Shown: piece by piece, positions 28,613 through 43,542 of the stretch | Numbering within the stretch: position 1 is the first letter of the stretch | How the letters are laid out: the number at the start of each line of letters is the position of its first letter | Source: the human T2T-CHM13v2.0 reference genome, Homo sapiens | Assembly (NCBI RefSeq): GCF_009914755.1 | Contig: NC_060929.1 | Direction: 5' to 3' (one strand) | Length of the DNA stretch: 64,000 bases | Translations under genes and position numbers: made by a program | The notes under the pieces: model-generated | Databases searched by the model: none | Seen by the model: the letters and a program-made list of their open reading frames with translations, nothing else | What the model was told of the DNA's origin: nothing

Positions 28613-29068
28613 AGGGATGGTTTGGGGATGATTCAAGTGCATTACATTTATTGTGCACTTTATTTCTATTATTATTACATTGTAATATATAATGAAGTAA
28701 TTACACAACTCACCAAAATGTAGAATCAGTGGGAGCCCTGAGCCTGTTTCCCTGCAACTAGACAGCCCCATCTGGGGGTGATGGGAGACAGTGACAGATC
28801 ATCAGGCATTAGATTCTCATAAACAGTATGCAACCTAGATCCCTCACATGTGCAGTTTACAATAGGGTTCATGCTCCTATAAGAATCTAATGCTGCTGCT
28901 GATTTGACAGGAGGCAGAGCTCAGGTGGTAATGTGAGCAATGGGGAGCAGCTGTAAATACAGATGAAGCTTTGCTCACCTGCCCACCACTCACCTCCTGC
29001 TATCTGGCCTGGTTCCTAGCAGGCCACAGACCAGTATTGGTCCATGGCCCAGAGATTAGAGACCCCTG
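28613..29068 (+). mobile_element. MER1A (hAT-Charlie), one end missing
   Basis: catcaggcattagattctcata...caacctagatccctcacatgtgcagtt; terminal agagacccctg. Confidence 0.85.
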
Positions 29069-29550
29069 GGTTAAACCAAGTGGGCCTAAAGCTGCTACAG
29101 TCCATTTCTAGAAGTCAAGTCTACAGGCTTTGGACAGTGGTTTTTCTTAATTCTCAGAGGCCCTGCTTACTTTTTTCTAAGTTTTAAGTATTCTTGAAAG
29201 GGCTAGGCTTCCACATATTACTTATGAACCCTTTATCTCCATTCAGATACAGACTCTAGTTGCTGATCCAAGTCTAGCAGCTCACATCATTTTGTGGTGT
29301 TGTCTCTTTCTGGGAGATACCAGAAAATGATGCCAAGAATTCCCACAGTTGCTATAGACCTTTCAGCTGGGTCCCCGGCATTGTCTTTATCCATGAGAAC
29401 CCACACAGAATTACATAAAAACTTAGGATCTTTCAAACTTGAAGACACCATCAAAATACATTCCAGGAGTCGGTCAAGTCTTAAATTTAGTGACACATCA
29501 TAAACCACCCTGAACTTGTCTCTATGACAAGCAGAGATCTGAATATTTGA

Positions 29551-29752
29551 TCAGTGATTCTCCAAGTCTGGTGCCCAGAGCAGCAACAGCAACAATAGCA
29601 TCGGCAACATCTGGGAACCTGTCGGAAGTGCACATTCTTGGCCCTTCCCCAGCCCTGCTGAATAGAAACTCAGGGAAGGGGCAGCCATCTGTGCTTTAAC
29701 ATGCCCCTCTCCCCAGGTGATTCTGATGCTCACTAAAATTTGAGAGTCACTG
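29551..29752. mobile_element. MER5A
   Basis: cagtgattctccaa...ccaggtgattctgatgc...tttgagagtcactg. Confidence 0.75.
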
Positions 29753-32279
29753 AATAAGATTTTGATAATACATAAGTAGATCATCCTGTAACAGAACCAA
29801 AGGCTGTGAAATGGGCTTGGAATGTTTAAGGAACATTTCTCAGAGAACAATTATATAACCAAGGGTATAATGCCTATTGTTAAGTTATTGTGTGATGAGA
29901 GAGCTGGGTGACTCCTTGGTGGAGATTTCAGACTTAAGGAACAATAATGTAGTACCATGGTAAAGAGATGAACAGTCACCACAATGGTAGGCATCTCACA
30001 AACCTCTCATTCCCTGGGAAAGGATGAGTAATGATTCTTCTTTCAGAAAGGGGAAGCTTTAAGCTTTAAAAAACAACAGTGGCTAATATTGCTAGTGTGA
30101 AATATAAAGAGTAAAAAGAAACAGCTCCAAAAAACACCAGCACTGACTGGTAATTCTGTTCTGTCTTGGTTGTTCCCTTTTGAAGGGTCACTGAGAGACA
30201 CTTGTGTTTTTTACACCAAGGTTGACAGGAGCCACCAAAGAAGAATACTGAGTGATTAAAAAAAGAGGAATGAACTATTTCTTGCGGTCCTTCTGCATTC
30301 ACACCCACAGCACACAAGCTGAGCACAACAGTATCTCAAGGCTCAGAAAGGTCATCCAACAGGCTCCAACCTGATTCTCAAGGGGACCCAGGCTGATTAA
30401 TGTGACCCATCTCCTGCTTTTAAAATGCACTGATTTTCTTTCTCTACTATTTCCACAAACTTTTAAAAGATATAATGAGTATAATAAATAATAAGCACAT
30501 ACGGCATAAAATATGAAATTACTTCTGCCAAACAGGAAAAGTATAACCTGTATTGATAAACTTGAGCTATTACAAAGAACCAAAAAGTAGACGAGAAAAA
30601 AGGGATAGTCTCTTGGGAAAGTATTAATTGTATGATACACTGGGTTGAGATATCCTGGTCACTCTTCATTTAAAAAATGCTCCACTCTCTAATTCTTTGT
30701 TTTGGAAAGTTAAAGAGGAAAGTCCATCCAATTTTACTGCATTTTTTTTTTACTTTTTCTTAACCTTTCAAAGACTGCTTGGCCTGCTTATACTCTTGGT
30801 CTTAGGCTAAATTAAGGCTAAAGAAACATAAAATATCTGTTCTTACTCCTAATCTCAGATGACTTTTTGTCACCAACCTTTATTCCTTACTCCAATCTTA
30901 TCCACTCTTCCTGAATCTGCTGAAATTCTTTACTATAAGTGTAATCCAAAATTATCCCACCCCTGAATTTGAAGTAACCATTGTCTGCATAATTTATTTG
31001 ACATTTAGTCATGTACTTGTTTTATCACATCTCTTCTCTCATTGATTTCCCTATATTCTGGGGTATTATTTATACAATACCTTCAAGAACTCCAAACTGT
31101 TCATTATACAATTTTTGTCTCACCACGTTTGAACCTACCTACAGAATTGTTAGGCTTTGCCTACCTGCACAAATTCCAAATACTCTGACTGAAATAATTA
31201 CTCATTTCATTCTAACTTGTCAGTTTAGTCTTTTGTTTTAAATCAAGCTTTCTGGGTTAACCTTTTGCCTCAGCTCCATTTAACACTGGACTAGGCACAG
31301 AGGATACAAAATGAATATAATAACAGATGCCAAAAAGCAGTTCACTGTCCACAGAAAAATGAATCTGTCTAAGCCAGCTCTGCTACAAAAATGCAGAAGT
31401 GGTAACAATGGACAGAGAAAATAAATAAATGTCAGTGCCTGGAAGCTCTCTATACAAAGTATGTCTGGCTGGGAGGAGAGGAGAAAGAAAGAGCAAGAAA
31501 AGACTAGGTGAAGGCTCTGAATGGAATGAGAAAAGGACCCTTATGATTATGGGTTGGTGCTGATTCCTATTAGAGCATAGCATAGTCAGAAGCTGAACAT
31601 CACTAAGTTGAGCATCACTCGGTGTACTGAAGTCTCAAACAGCTACTCTCCCCTCTGAAAAACTAGTCCCTTGCTGTAGAGAACTCATGCTTGGATTACT
31701 GTGATAGCCTGTTAGCAGCTCCTCCTCTGCTTTCTATTTCTAGCAGTAATTGGTTCAAAATGCAGCTGCAACTCTAATTTCTAGTCCATCTCCCAAGCTG
31801 CTCACATGACTTTCATTTTCTAATAAACATTTTTCTCTTTTACTTTATGAAATGGGCTTAAGGCATTAATTTTTTCTATCCCAAGTCCTTCTATAATTTA
31901 CCTGAAAATAATTAAATGACTCTATACTCATTCTACTGCTAAGCCCAAAGGTGAGATTCAGAAGTGGTTCCTGTAAAAGATTTGCATCTGGGTTTAGGGC
32001 TACATCCAGTTCTGAGTTTAAGGTTCTAACCAGTTCTACTTTGCCAAGTGGAAAGCAAAATCATCTAATACTGGGTGTCAAGAGTGTCTTGCAGCACTCT
32101 CAAATGCAACACCACATACCACACAGTAATATCATTTCCATCTCTCCCCATCCCCTGCTGCTATTATGTCCAGACCAAGACTATAAAGCAGAAGATTCCA
32201 AATAAACCATGCAGGAAATAGAAAGGATATGAACTTCAGAGTCAGGCCAATCTGGTTTTAAACTGAGCTATTGGATTCT

Positions 32280-33430
32280 CTCATTCTTTCATTAATACAT
32301 TTATTCAGTAATTATTGAGCACCTGCTATATGCCAGGAAGTCAAATGGATGCTGGGCCAGAATGATGAGCAAGATGCCCTCCCTCCCTGCTTTTGGGGCA
32401 GGCAGGACAGGTGATCATTTCAAGAGAGCACAATGGGTGCCTTGATGATGAAAAGCAGAGGGAGCTCTGAAAGCACAGAGAGCACTTGGTGGAATTGCAA
32501 AGAGGAAGGCTTCCCAGCCAACACCCTGCCTGGGTTGAGCATGAGAGGAAGAGTAGGCGCTGGACAGCAACTTAGGTGTAGAAGAATGTTCCAGGCATGG
32601 GGGGAAGAGGTACAGAGACTCCAAGGATGAGAGAGCACAGCAGGATGGGGAAATGCAAGAAGTCCAATGGGGCTAAAAAATGAAGAGTAGGAAAGGGTCT
32701 GGCAGAAAATGAGGTGGAAATAAGACCTTATTTGTTATCCTAATGTGTCTGGAAGAAACTGTGAAAACTGTGGATAGCTATTGAGCAGAAAAAGAAAAGA
32801 CAGAGTCAGAGTTTTGTATTTAAAAGGCTCAGCTTCACAGGTGTATAGAGAAGAAATTGGAGGGAAAAGAGACTCAGGAAAAAGAAGTCATTTGGGAGGT
32901 TGTTGCTATAAATGAGGTTACAAAGGTTAAGGATCTAAACTAAGGCTCTGCAGTAGGGACACAGAGGAGAAGATGTATGTGAGAGAGAGTTGGGAACTAG
33001 GATTGAAGAACCTGGAGACAAGTTGAAAGAGAGGAGTTAAAAAGTAGAAGGGAAGAATGACGCCAGGTTTCTGGCTCATGCAGTAGTGTTGTCCCTAAGA
33101 GGAACTCCTGAAGGCTATGTCTATTTTGGACAATGAGCTCAATTTTGGATGTGTTAAGCTGGAGATGCCAGTGACACAACCAAATGCAGGAAGTCAATGG
33201 GCACTGGGCTAACTTGTCTGGAGCTCAGAACAGACATGTGGGCAGAGCACACAGATATGAGAATCATTAGCATATAACTGGTGAGTGAAGGCATGTGGCA
33301 GATAAAATTGCTCAAAGGAGGGTATATACAGAGAGAAAAGAGGAAAATATTAGTATTTAAGAAATGTCCAGAGGAAAAGGAGCTCACAAAAAATCCCATG
33401 AAGGAGCTTCTGGAGAACCATGAGGGGGAA
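32280..33430 (-). mobile_element. LINE-2
   Basis: tcattc tail, tattgagcacctgctatatgccagg, gacgccaggtttctggc, ttttggatgtgttaag. Confidence 0.75.
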
Positions 33431-33707
33431 GTGTTTCCTCCATAAAACGCAAATAACAGTGTATGCCCTACAGGTTGTTACATGAGTTAGACAATGTATG
33501 GGTGTAAATCAAATATAATTTCCCTGAAGACCAAGTATGTAATGGACACTTGATGAATGGTAGGTTTTGTCATCATTAATATTACTGTTTATAGTAAAAA
33601 TAATACACGAAATTTCCTTAGGTGTTAGGTAGATGTCTGGTTTTTATAACCCTTCTTAACACAGTTAGATCAACTCTGCACATCTGTAGCATAGCTTATA
33701 ATTCTCA

Positions 33708-34067
<360 letters not shown>

Positions 34068-34529
34068 TTAATAAATAGGTTTACTCTTCTGTAACTGCAT
34101 GTGGCAAGTTCTTGGAAATAGCAAGGTAAACACATAAGGTTGATAAAATTTGGGAAAAGGAAAAATGTAAAGGATATATTAGCCACCAGAGAAATTGTTA
34201 GAAGTAGCCAAGGAATTGTCTATAAATATGTGGCTGAGGGGTTTGGAAGCACCTTGTTTAATCTAAGATGCAGGGCACATAGCATTCAATAATCACTGGA
34301 TGAATCCGTGAGTGTGAGAGTCTGGTATACCAAACCAACTGTTGGATCTCTCCACCTGGGCTTCCCATGGACATCTAACACTCAACCTATAAAGCACACC
34401 TTCTTGCCTTTCCCCTCAAATCTGCTCACTTTCCTACTTCCCCAAGTAGCTCAATGTCATTATCGAACCAGCCAGATGAAGACTCTGGGCTCTGCTCCCT
34501 CCCTCACTGCCAAATCACCACATCTCATC

Positions 34530-35075
34530 TGTATTAGTGAGAATTCTCTAGAGGGACAGAACTAATAGGAAAGATGTATATATGAAGGGGAGTTTATTAG
34601 GAGAATTGACTCCACGATCACAAGGCGAAGTCCCACAATAGGCCATCTGCAAGCTGAGGAACCAGGAAGCCAGTCCGAGTCCCAAAACCTTTAAGTATGG
34701 AAGCTGATAGTGGAGCCTTTGGTCTGTGGCCAAAGGCCTGAGAGCCCCTCACAAATCACTGGTGTAAGCCCAAGAGTCCAAAAGCTGAAGAACTTGCAAT
34801 CTGATGCTCAAGGGCAGGAAACAACCAGCACAGGAGAAAGATGGAGGCCAGAAGCCTTAGCCAGTCTAGTCTTTCCACGTACCCTTGTCTGCTTTTATTC
34901 TGACCATGTTGCAGCTGATTAGATTGTTCCCACCTGGATTAAGAGTGGCTCTGCCTTTCCCAGTCCACTGACTCACATGTTAATCTCCTTTGGCAACATC
35001 CTCACAGACAAACCCAGGAACAATACTTTACAACCTTCAATCCAATCCAGTTGACACTCGATATTAACCATCACA
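34530..35075 (-). mobile_element. MLT2A-type ERVL solo LTR inserted in an L2
   Basis: tgtattagt...ttctctagagggacagaactaatagg and caatccagttgacactcgatattaaccatcaca termini. Confidence 0.88.
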
Positions 35076-35242
35076 ACGTCCCTGCTACATCCCGATAGCA
35101 CTCCATTCTCCACCTGAAGTCAGAATGGTCCCCCTCAAATCCCAGTATTTCCCACATTACTCCCCTGCTCAGTACCTCCAATAGCTCCCCATCACTGCAG
35201 GAAAAATTCCAGACTCTTTGATGGCATAAAAGACTCTCCACA

Positions 35243-35591
<349 letters not shown>

Positions 35592-38500
35592 TTAGAGTAC
35601 TAACTTCACAATTCTTGCTATATTCTGTATCATTTGTGCCATTAATTTTTTCTCATCAACCAATTTTTTTACATTAATGAATTTATTGTAACAGAAAAGT
35701 AATAACACTCATGAAGTCTTGCATTCAAGATGTGAATTCTTTTTGAAAATAAATGCAGAATAGTAAGACAAAATATGTTCATCTCTCTACCACTTACTGT
35801 TAGCATTTCACATACCACACCTTGAGAGACTGTGTGAGGTTTGGTAGAGAAAACCAAATGTGAAGATCCCTTTGCCAAACTGGTAACAACTGAGATCTCT
35901 GTTGGTGAGGTGGGAATGGGATATTAGAAAGACATTTCTTCTTCTCCATTATAAATATCTGGGATATTTGGATTTTTATAATGAGCACATAGTACCTTTC
36001 TACTTAGGAATTAATGAATATTTATTCCAAGTTTTCTCTGTCTTAGATTATCTGTCAGAGAAACAAATATCACACTAACTAGACCAAAGAAGATGTGAAG
36101 GAACTGCAAATGAATCACTTTTTAAATGAGGCCCATGCTGTGCTCTAGCTGCAAGGTGATCGCTGTCATCTAAATGTCAAAGGCAGGATTGATCTGTGAT
36201 CGTGAACGACACAATGAGTCTGTGTGCATGGGCAATTTGGCAAGTGACTGCCATGCTGCTTCCCACAGCACCAGCACTTATTCCAGTTCCTGGCCCAGAA
36301 GTCACTGGATAAAATAGACTCCTGTCACCAACGGTGGGGATCTGCTGTCAACCTAAGACTGCAGCTCTAGAGGGAATAAAGGCATTCACTGCTGCCCCTG
36401 GAAGATCATAATCTTGAATGCTCAGGTTGGTAAAATCAGGGCCTGTGCCAATTTAGAGGTAGAGAAGAAGGGATGAATGGAACAGGAGGAGTGGAAGGCA
36501 TGGTGGATTGAGTTTGCGCAGCACCTTGCCACCCTTTATGCTATGATCCCTTCACAGAGGAACCCAGAGATCAGCATTCTCCATTCATGCAGCTCTTCTT
36601 CCCTCCCTAGGCAGATGACTCTGCTCCATTTGCTATATCTCCAACCTGAAATCGTGTAGTAAACAGCAGTGACAATGCAGCGGGAAGGGATGTGTCTGTT
36701 TATCTAACTCTATCTGTTGGCATCCAGAAATCTTACTCTACAGTGCATGCCGCCAATAATTGTTATTATGTAAAGGCAACATTCTGGATCAAATTTCCCT
36801 GGTAGATGAGTGCAGCTGAAAAATACATAATCCAAATTTGTTTCCACCTTGATTAAACTTTCCTTTACTTACACAATGAGAGACCCACAAGAAGTCAGTA
36901 CGATTCTGGCAAGTGACCAAAGATGAATGTGTAAGCATCGCAAACACTGCCAAACACCTAGAAAACACTGGCAATTACACAATCAAACAGAGATGCTAAA
37001 AGAAATTTTAATAATTGTTATATAACATACTGTGCAGCTATTCCATGAAATCTACCTCTGTATAATAATTATTAAAGTATCTAAGTCTTGAAATGTATGA
37101 TAAGAATATAGTAGTTTTTTGGGTATAATTTCCATAAAAATGCATAAGTGAAACAAATTACTAAAATAAGAAACAGGAGGTGTTCTATACATACTGTTGT
37201 CATCATATGAAATTACTCTATTAACTAAATTAACCTGACATTGTCACCCTGAAAAGCAAAATCAAGACAAAACTAATTCTTCTCAAATTTAATAAACAAA
37301 TAAAACGTTGGCCTCTCTCTGACTTACTATAGCACAAGAAGGCAACCTTCAGCTTCCAGCTACCTCTGGTACTCAGCTGCATTGCTCTGGACAGGAAAGT
37401 AATCCTAAAGACAGGAAGGCAAATCCTACATTTGTGCTCAGGGTTACAAAAATGATACCTGACTTCAAAAAATCCCAAGCCCAAATTTACAGAATCTGAA
37501 ACTTTGTGGATGGAGGCCAAGCAATCTGGGTTTTAACAAGTTCTCCAGATGATTCTGATCCATATTAAGGTTTGCCATAAGGAAAGTAGTCCAAGGCTTA
37601 TCTCTGTTCTCCTCCCAGTGTCCTTTGTAGCTCCCTACCTAGTCCCTAATCATCCCCAAGGAGATGATGCGGATTCGTCAGACATGAGAACACTAGGTGG
37701 GCCATGTTTACCAGTAGGTGGGGGTCATTTTGCATTAAAAGGTCAGTTCCCAGACATAGTTCTCTGCCTTCTGTCTCTTCCACCCATGAATCCAGAGTGG
37801 CGAGTTTTCTTAACAAAATGAGTCCTGCAATCAGCATTCCCTTTTAGATGTTTTCTCTCCAGAAGACAGAGATCTTGGCTAAACCAAGTAAAGGCCTATG
37901 CACTAAACTAAAGTAAAGGCCTATGCACTAATAATATTATTTAATTCCCTTTTACAAAAATTACTAAATAAGTATATTTTTTCAAAATGAAACAAAACTT
38001 ATTGTATGCTTATATTAGAAGTATCTTTCCAAATTTTTCTAGAAATATTCAAAAAAATTGACTTTTTCTCTCTTTATCCCAGCACATATTTAGTCTTCCC
38101 ATACAGTACCTTAGCCTGGCCCTGCAGAGAAAAACCAAGGTTATCAAGCAGTCTCTGCCAGTTCCGCTGGATGCACATAGCATGGATTCCTTCTCCAGCA
38201 CAGGCCATGTGTGTGTTGGATGGTCCTTTCCTGATGGTAAGTTTGAAGATTCAGGAGTGAACTTCAGGACACAAAACAGAAGATGCGCACAAGCTTTGGA
38301 AAGATGAGCTTCAGGAGGTCCTGCTCAGCTTCTCAGCAGTTGGTACTTGGGTCCAAAGCTACAGCAAACAATAAGGTAGTACTTTCCCTCCTACTCATGG
38401 ACAATTGTCTCCTTGTGTATTATATTTATTTTTCTCAAAAACTAAATGGAAGCAGCAGTTGATTATGGACATTCTTGTGTTCCAATTCCTCCATCACTTC

Positions 38501-40226
38501 TAACAAACAAGTAGTAAACCTGATGCTCTGGACACCTAACAGAAATGTAAAAAAATATGGGACACAGTACATGCAAAAGAGCTTTGACTCTTTTAGAAGA
38601 AAGCTGCTACCTAAACCCAAGGGATCCTCCTGATAACCCATACTGGGAATTACAGTTTTCACAATGTCAAAGATATAGAACTAGTGACTTCTACACACCC
38701 ACTCTTCACAATAACAGTAAGCAGTGATGTGTTCTTCCTCCCTACAAAAGTACTTCATCATTATGTTATTTATTCTAGCTCCTGGAAGGATACACACCTC
38801 CCTCAGCTTCTTGGCTTCCTACTGGCCATGATGTTCACTGTGTACACAGTCAAAAAGAACTCCTGAAAGCCACTGGAACACTCATCTATAGGTACTCCAC
38901 TAAGCAACTTTCTAAGTCTCTCTGATCAAGCCACTGCTACCATGTGCGCAATGATGCCGCAGCAAGGATAGGCCAGTCATAGGAGTGTGTCCAGTATGCC
39001 TGCTGGCATTTCTTCCATTCCAAGCCCTTCTTGACCCTCACAGAGGGGTCAAGACAGGCTCTGAAGACAGAGAGGTGACTGATATGTTTACAAGAATTGT
39101 TTGTGAGCCAGGAGGCTCTTGGATTTCTTCACTGCTTTAGCTGAAAGATTCTGCAGAAAGATTATTTCAGGGCACTCACTGCCATCTGGGGTTACGTAAT
39201 AGCAATCATCCAAATAAGTGATTATTTACATTTTTATGCAAAATCATCAAAGCCCAATTCCTGGTCTGAGAGAGGGAAGGGGACGGAAGGATTTGAAGTT
39301 TCTGTCTTCGGTAGCTGACAGCTTATTATTAACAAAGGCAAGATGTCAAAGATTTGATTTTGTGTCACCCCTTTCACTGACTTCATACCCAAGCAAATGC
39401 ATTTGGCAACCTCGAATCAGAGCACTAGGACACCTGCCTGCCATTTCCAGTTCAGGAAATGGAGTTATAGTCTAAGTCTGGATGAGCCTGAGCTCATTTC
39501 AGAGGGGAAGGTAGCAATCTGGAAAGGACACTTGCCTGCAGTTAGCTCAGATTTACAGTGTTTATTGGAAATAAATGCTCACAGTCTAGTGTGTTTAGGT
39601 GTGTAAGCAGAGGTGGCTCCTAGGAAGAGTAGGACAGCAGACATCTGTCCAGGATAGGCATTAGGCTAATTGGGATAGGGAGTGGGGTGACAAGGAAGGG
39701 CTGCAGTTCTCTGACAAGCTCATAGTCAGTGAGGCACAGAGCTCCTATGTCTAGAGGCACTTGAGGCTGCCATGGGGCCATCTTCACACTTGCATATTCA
39801 GCTGGAAGAATTTTCATAAGTAATCAATGATCCCTGTCTCCACTGATGTACTTGTATGTAGAATGCCATAAATTATGTTCTCTTCCAGATTTTCTGATCA
39901 GTCAGAAATGTGGTTACTCCTAGTCATTTCCCTGGCTTTATAGCATAAAGAAAAAGAGTTTTCAGGAATTGGAATCTTATTTACATATAAAATGGAATTT
40001 GTCAGAGGAAAAAACTTGGAGATCTTAGCTGTCCACAAGATCAATAAGTGCCAAATATATGATGGAGTTACAAAACATAAAATAACTAAAGGAATCTTGA
40101 AGCGCATTCTCATTTCCAGAAGGATAATGTATGAAATATCAGTGGTGATATTTCCATTTTTCTGGCACTTTGTTCTTTTCCAAGTGCCTCATTTTAAAAG
40201 AGTCACTACATCAGTTAGGATGCCTT

Positions 40227-40742
40227 TGAGAAAGGAGAAAGGAAAAAACCCAGTCAGGCAGGCAGTTAGGGTGGGTCCTCAGTTGAATCCTCTCAAACAA
40301 AAGAACAGCCTACAGGCAGAGATAAGGGAACTTGTACAGGGGGGCTTGATGTACAGATAAGAAAGGCTACACAGGTGACTTGCCCAGACATGCCCACAAT
40401 GGAAAATTCCATCCTGACACATGCACAATAAGAGGAACAAAGCAATATGGAATAACTCAAGCTAAGGACACACATGCACATAAGGAGTATGGGGTGGAAC
40501 TACCCGAAATTCGCACCTTATGCAAATGAGATGCCCAGCACTCATTGGTTTCCTATAAAAGCCTTTGCATTCAACTGTAAAAATGGCAAGCCTATTCCAG
40601 GTCCCGTCTCTGCAGTGGAGAGCTTTCTCTCTTTCTTTCACTTATTAAACTTCTGCTCTAACCTCACCCTTGGTGTTTCTGTATTCTTGCTTTCCTCCGC
40701 CATGAGATTTCAGGTGGCACCCCAGACAACAAGGTCATTTCA
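40227..40742 (+). mobile_element. ERV1 solo LTR, MER61-like
   Basis: TG...CA ends, 4-bp TSD CCTT (40223-40226 and 40743-40746), TATAAAA 40554-40560, ATTAAA poly(A) signal, p53 site typical of MER61. Confidence 0.8.
40376..40395. promoter_or_regulatory. p53 response element (19/20 match, no spacer)
   Basis: TGACTTGCCC AGACATGCCC versus RRRCWWGYYY x2. Confidence 0.75.
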
Positions 40743-41716
40743 CCTTCAGCCACTGGTAACTGAAAACTCTAACTAAAATTACCAAAGATGACAACGATAT
40801 GTGATAAGTTATAAAAAAATAAATAAACAGTTCGGAAATCTGACACACTGATTTCTGCGATTCACTTGGCTTTGTTCCTCCCCATGTGTTTGCTTCATCC
40901 TCCAGCTTGTAGCCAGATAGCTATGAGCATTCTGGGCTCCACATCCAGACACAGTAAAGTCCACAGGCAGAAAGGTATCACCTTTCCAGGTGTCTCCTAC
41001 TTAGGAGTGAGGAAACATCTCCCAGAAGCCTCCCCTCCCCCTAGAAATCTCTTCTTGCATCTTACTAACCAGACCTGGTTTTCAACACCATACCTAAAGC
41101 AGCCACTGGCAAAAGGACTGAGATTGCCAATACTTTCAAAGACTAACCAGAAGCCACTGCAAGGTCTAGAAGTGCTGATGGCTTCCTGAAGGACATGGAC
41201 ATGTGAAAGCGGGATGGATGCCTCAGAAAATGCAGGACTCTGTTAGGAAGAAGAAGGCAGAAAACAGCTATTGCACAGACTACTAGCAGTACCTGCTGAA
41301 GGCATTCATCAACTGTACTACATGCAAGGGAGGACAATAGAAATATGTTATAAGTGACACATCTCTTTTTCAATTCAGAACACACTTCAAAGGTAAGGTT
41401 TGCAACTAAAGGTCTCAGAAAGATGAGAATCCGCTCATCAGATACTGCTTAGCAGAGGATAAGAGCAGAGACCTTCAGGCCTGGTCAAAGCATGTGCAGC
41501 TCCTGCCACCATGAGGACCTGCAGCGCAATGACCTCCTAGGCAGCAAGGATGAGCCCTGCGGCTTTTCCCCTTCAAGACCTCAAGACATATCCTGTGAAG
41601 GTTCTTACCAATTAAGTCATATAAAAGCAATGGTTGGAAAAACAGGAGTTGTGTAGCTCAAAGAAAGAAGAAAATGGGGCCCAGTTTCTGCCTTCTAGAC
41701 TCTAAAATACTGCCCT

Positions 41717-42017
41717 GGCCACACCTAGTGTCTTATGCCTGTAATTCCAACAATTTGGAAAGCAGAGGCAGGAGGATTGCTTTAAGCCGGGAGGTAAGAG
41801 ACCAGCCTAGACAACATGATAAGACCCTGTCTCTACAAAAAATAAAAATTAAAAACTAACATGCAACTGTAGTCCTAGCTACTTGGGAGGCTGAAGCAGG
41901 AGGATCGCTTGAGTCCAGGAGTTCAAGGCTGAAGTGAGTTATGATCATGCAACTGCACTCCAGCCTGGGTTACAGAGCAAAACCCTATCTCAAAAAAATA
42001 AAAATAATAAAATAAAA
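41717..42017 (+). mobile_element. AluJ, diverged
   Basis: aggaggatcgcttgagtccaggagttcaaggctg...ttatgatcatg J diagnostics; flanking taaaatactg / taaaatattg. Confidence 0.85.
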
Positions 42018-42739
42018 TATTGGACTGTCTTGTATAGTTCTGGAGGCAAAAACCAGATACTGTGAGTAGAAGTTTCAGGGAAAGGACTTTCAGCTCAATA
42101 TAAAGTTGAGGTTTAGAATTCTCCAATAACAGATGGAACTCAAGTGTAAAGCAGAGAGGTCCCTGTTATTAAAGGAGCTCAAGTATGTCTAGTGGCAAGG
42201 AAGCTTTTTAATAACAATATGACAGGACTGACAGTGCTAGTAACTTGTAATGCTGAATGAATACTTGGATGATTGCCATATATAACATGCATTTACTTAA
42301 CTTTCTCAAATCTGAAAGAGTTGTTTTTATTAAAAGTTATAACCAGGAATCTCCTCTCCATTAATGAAGTTAGGGCATGAGTTTATTTCCGCTGTATGAA
42401 TAAGGTACAAAGTAATGGCCAAACCAAACTCATCTTCCCCCAAAGTCAGCACCTGCTCTTGACCTATCTCATCCACCATTCTTGTCACCCCGGAGTAAGG
42501 CCTTAGAATCAGAGCTCCTTTCCTCTTCCTCCTGACCTTCTTCCAATACACCTCTCATATTCATCACTTCTGACTGCCCCCCATGCTGGTTCAGAGGATA
42601 ATTATTTATCCTTTGAACTTTTGCAGTAACCTCCTAACTTGTTTCTCTGGCCCAAATGCACAAAGCAAACTGCAGCAACATGAACTTCCCAAACTGCGGC
42701 TCCAATGACATTACTCACCTGCTCAAAAACTCTATCAGA

Positions 42740-43312
42740 TGAGGACAGCCAAACCTCCAGAAAGACACATTATCTGAGCATAGCAGACAGGGTCTAGCTA
42801 AAGTACCACTCCCACCCTTAAAGGAAGGAAGGGTCTTCAAAATGTCTGTCCAGCAGGATTTCAGAAGTGTTAAAAACCAGTGACTGATCTAAGCCTGCAT
42901 TCTTCCCTCTTCCAAGTGGAATTATAAAATGGCCTACAACTAAAGGGAACAAATATCTTGTCTCTTTAATTCATAGCAAAGAGGAATCAATGTGAACTAA
43001 TATAAACTTGTAAATTACCAGAAACTACCAGACTTTGAGCTGGATGGAGTGACTGGCCTTATCTTTGGACTGTGTCTCTTGGGGAGATATGTTCTGTTCT
43101 ATTGTTAAAAGAAAGGCATACAGAGCAGAGACAATTTCATATATTGACCAAAGCTCAGTTTATGTCCCTTTTCCTGAGCAAAAAGGAAGACCACACTTCC
43201 CAGCCTCCTTTGCAGTTGGTTGGGGCAATAAAACTGGAGTTTATGCAATAGAATGTTTGCAGAAGTCAAATAAGACATTTCTAACTCTGACTCTTAAAAA
43301 TATATTGCATGA
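42740..43312 (+). mobile_element. MLT1 internal 3' remnant plus 5' half of an MLT1 (I/J-like) LTR
   Basis: ccagcaggatttcagaa...ccagtgactg internal motif; LTR core ttcccagcctcctttgcagtt...caatagaatgtttgcagaagt. Confidence 0.65.
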
Positions 43313-43542
43313 AACAATTCAAAAGTTATCGGAAGACAAGAAACAACTAAGATCAGAGCAGAACTGAAGGAGATAGAGATGTGAAAAATCCTTCAAAAAA
43401 ATCAATGAATCCAGGAGCTGGTTTTTTGAAAAGATTAAGAAAATAGATAGACCACTAACCAGATTAATAAAGAAGAAAAGAGAGAAGAATCAAATAGACA
43501 CAGTAAAAAATGATATAGGGAATATCACCACTGATCCCACAG

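Noticed and set aside
37690-37724. Two tandem CTCF-like motifs
   Set aside because: Both lack the conserved GGC core position; too weak without ChIP data
37879-37931. ~25-bp tandem duplication (also a 20-bp one at 55751-55790)
   Set aside because: Ordinary isolated slippage duplications with no sign of function
39029-39054. Short hairpin tcttgaccc...gggtcaaga
   Set aside because: A 9-bp stem is expected by chance in 64 kb; the same applies to taggatgca-tat-tgcatccta near 55558
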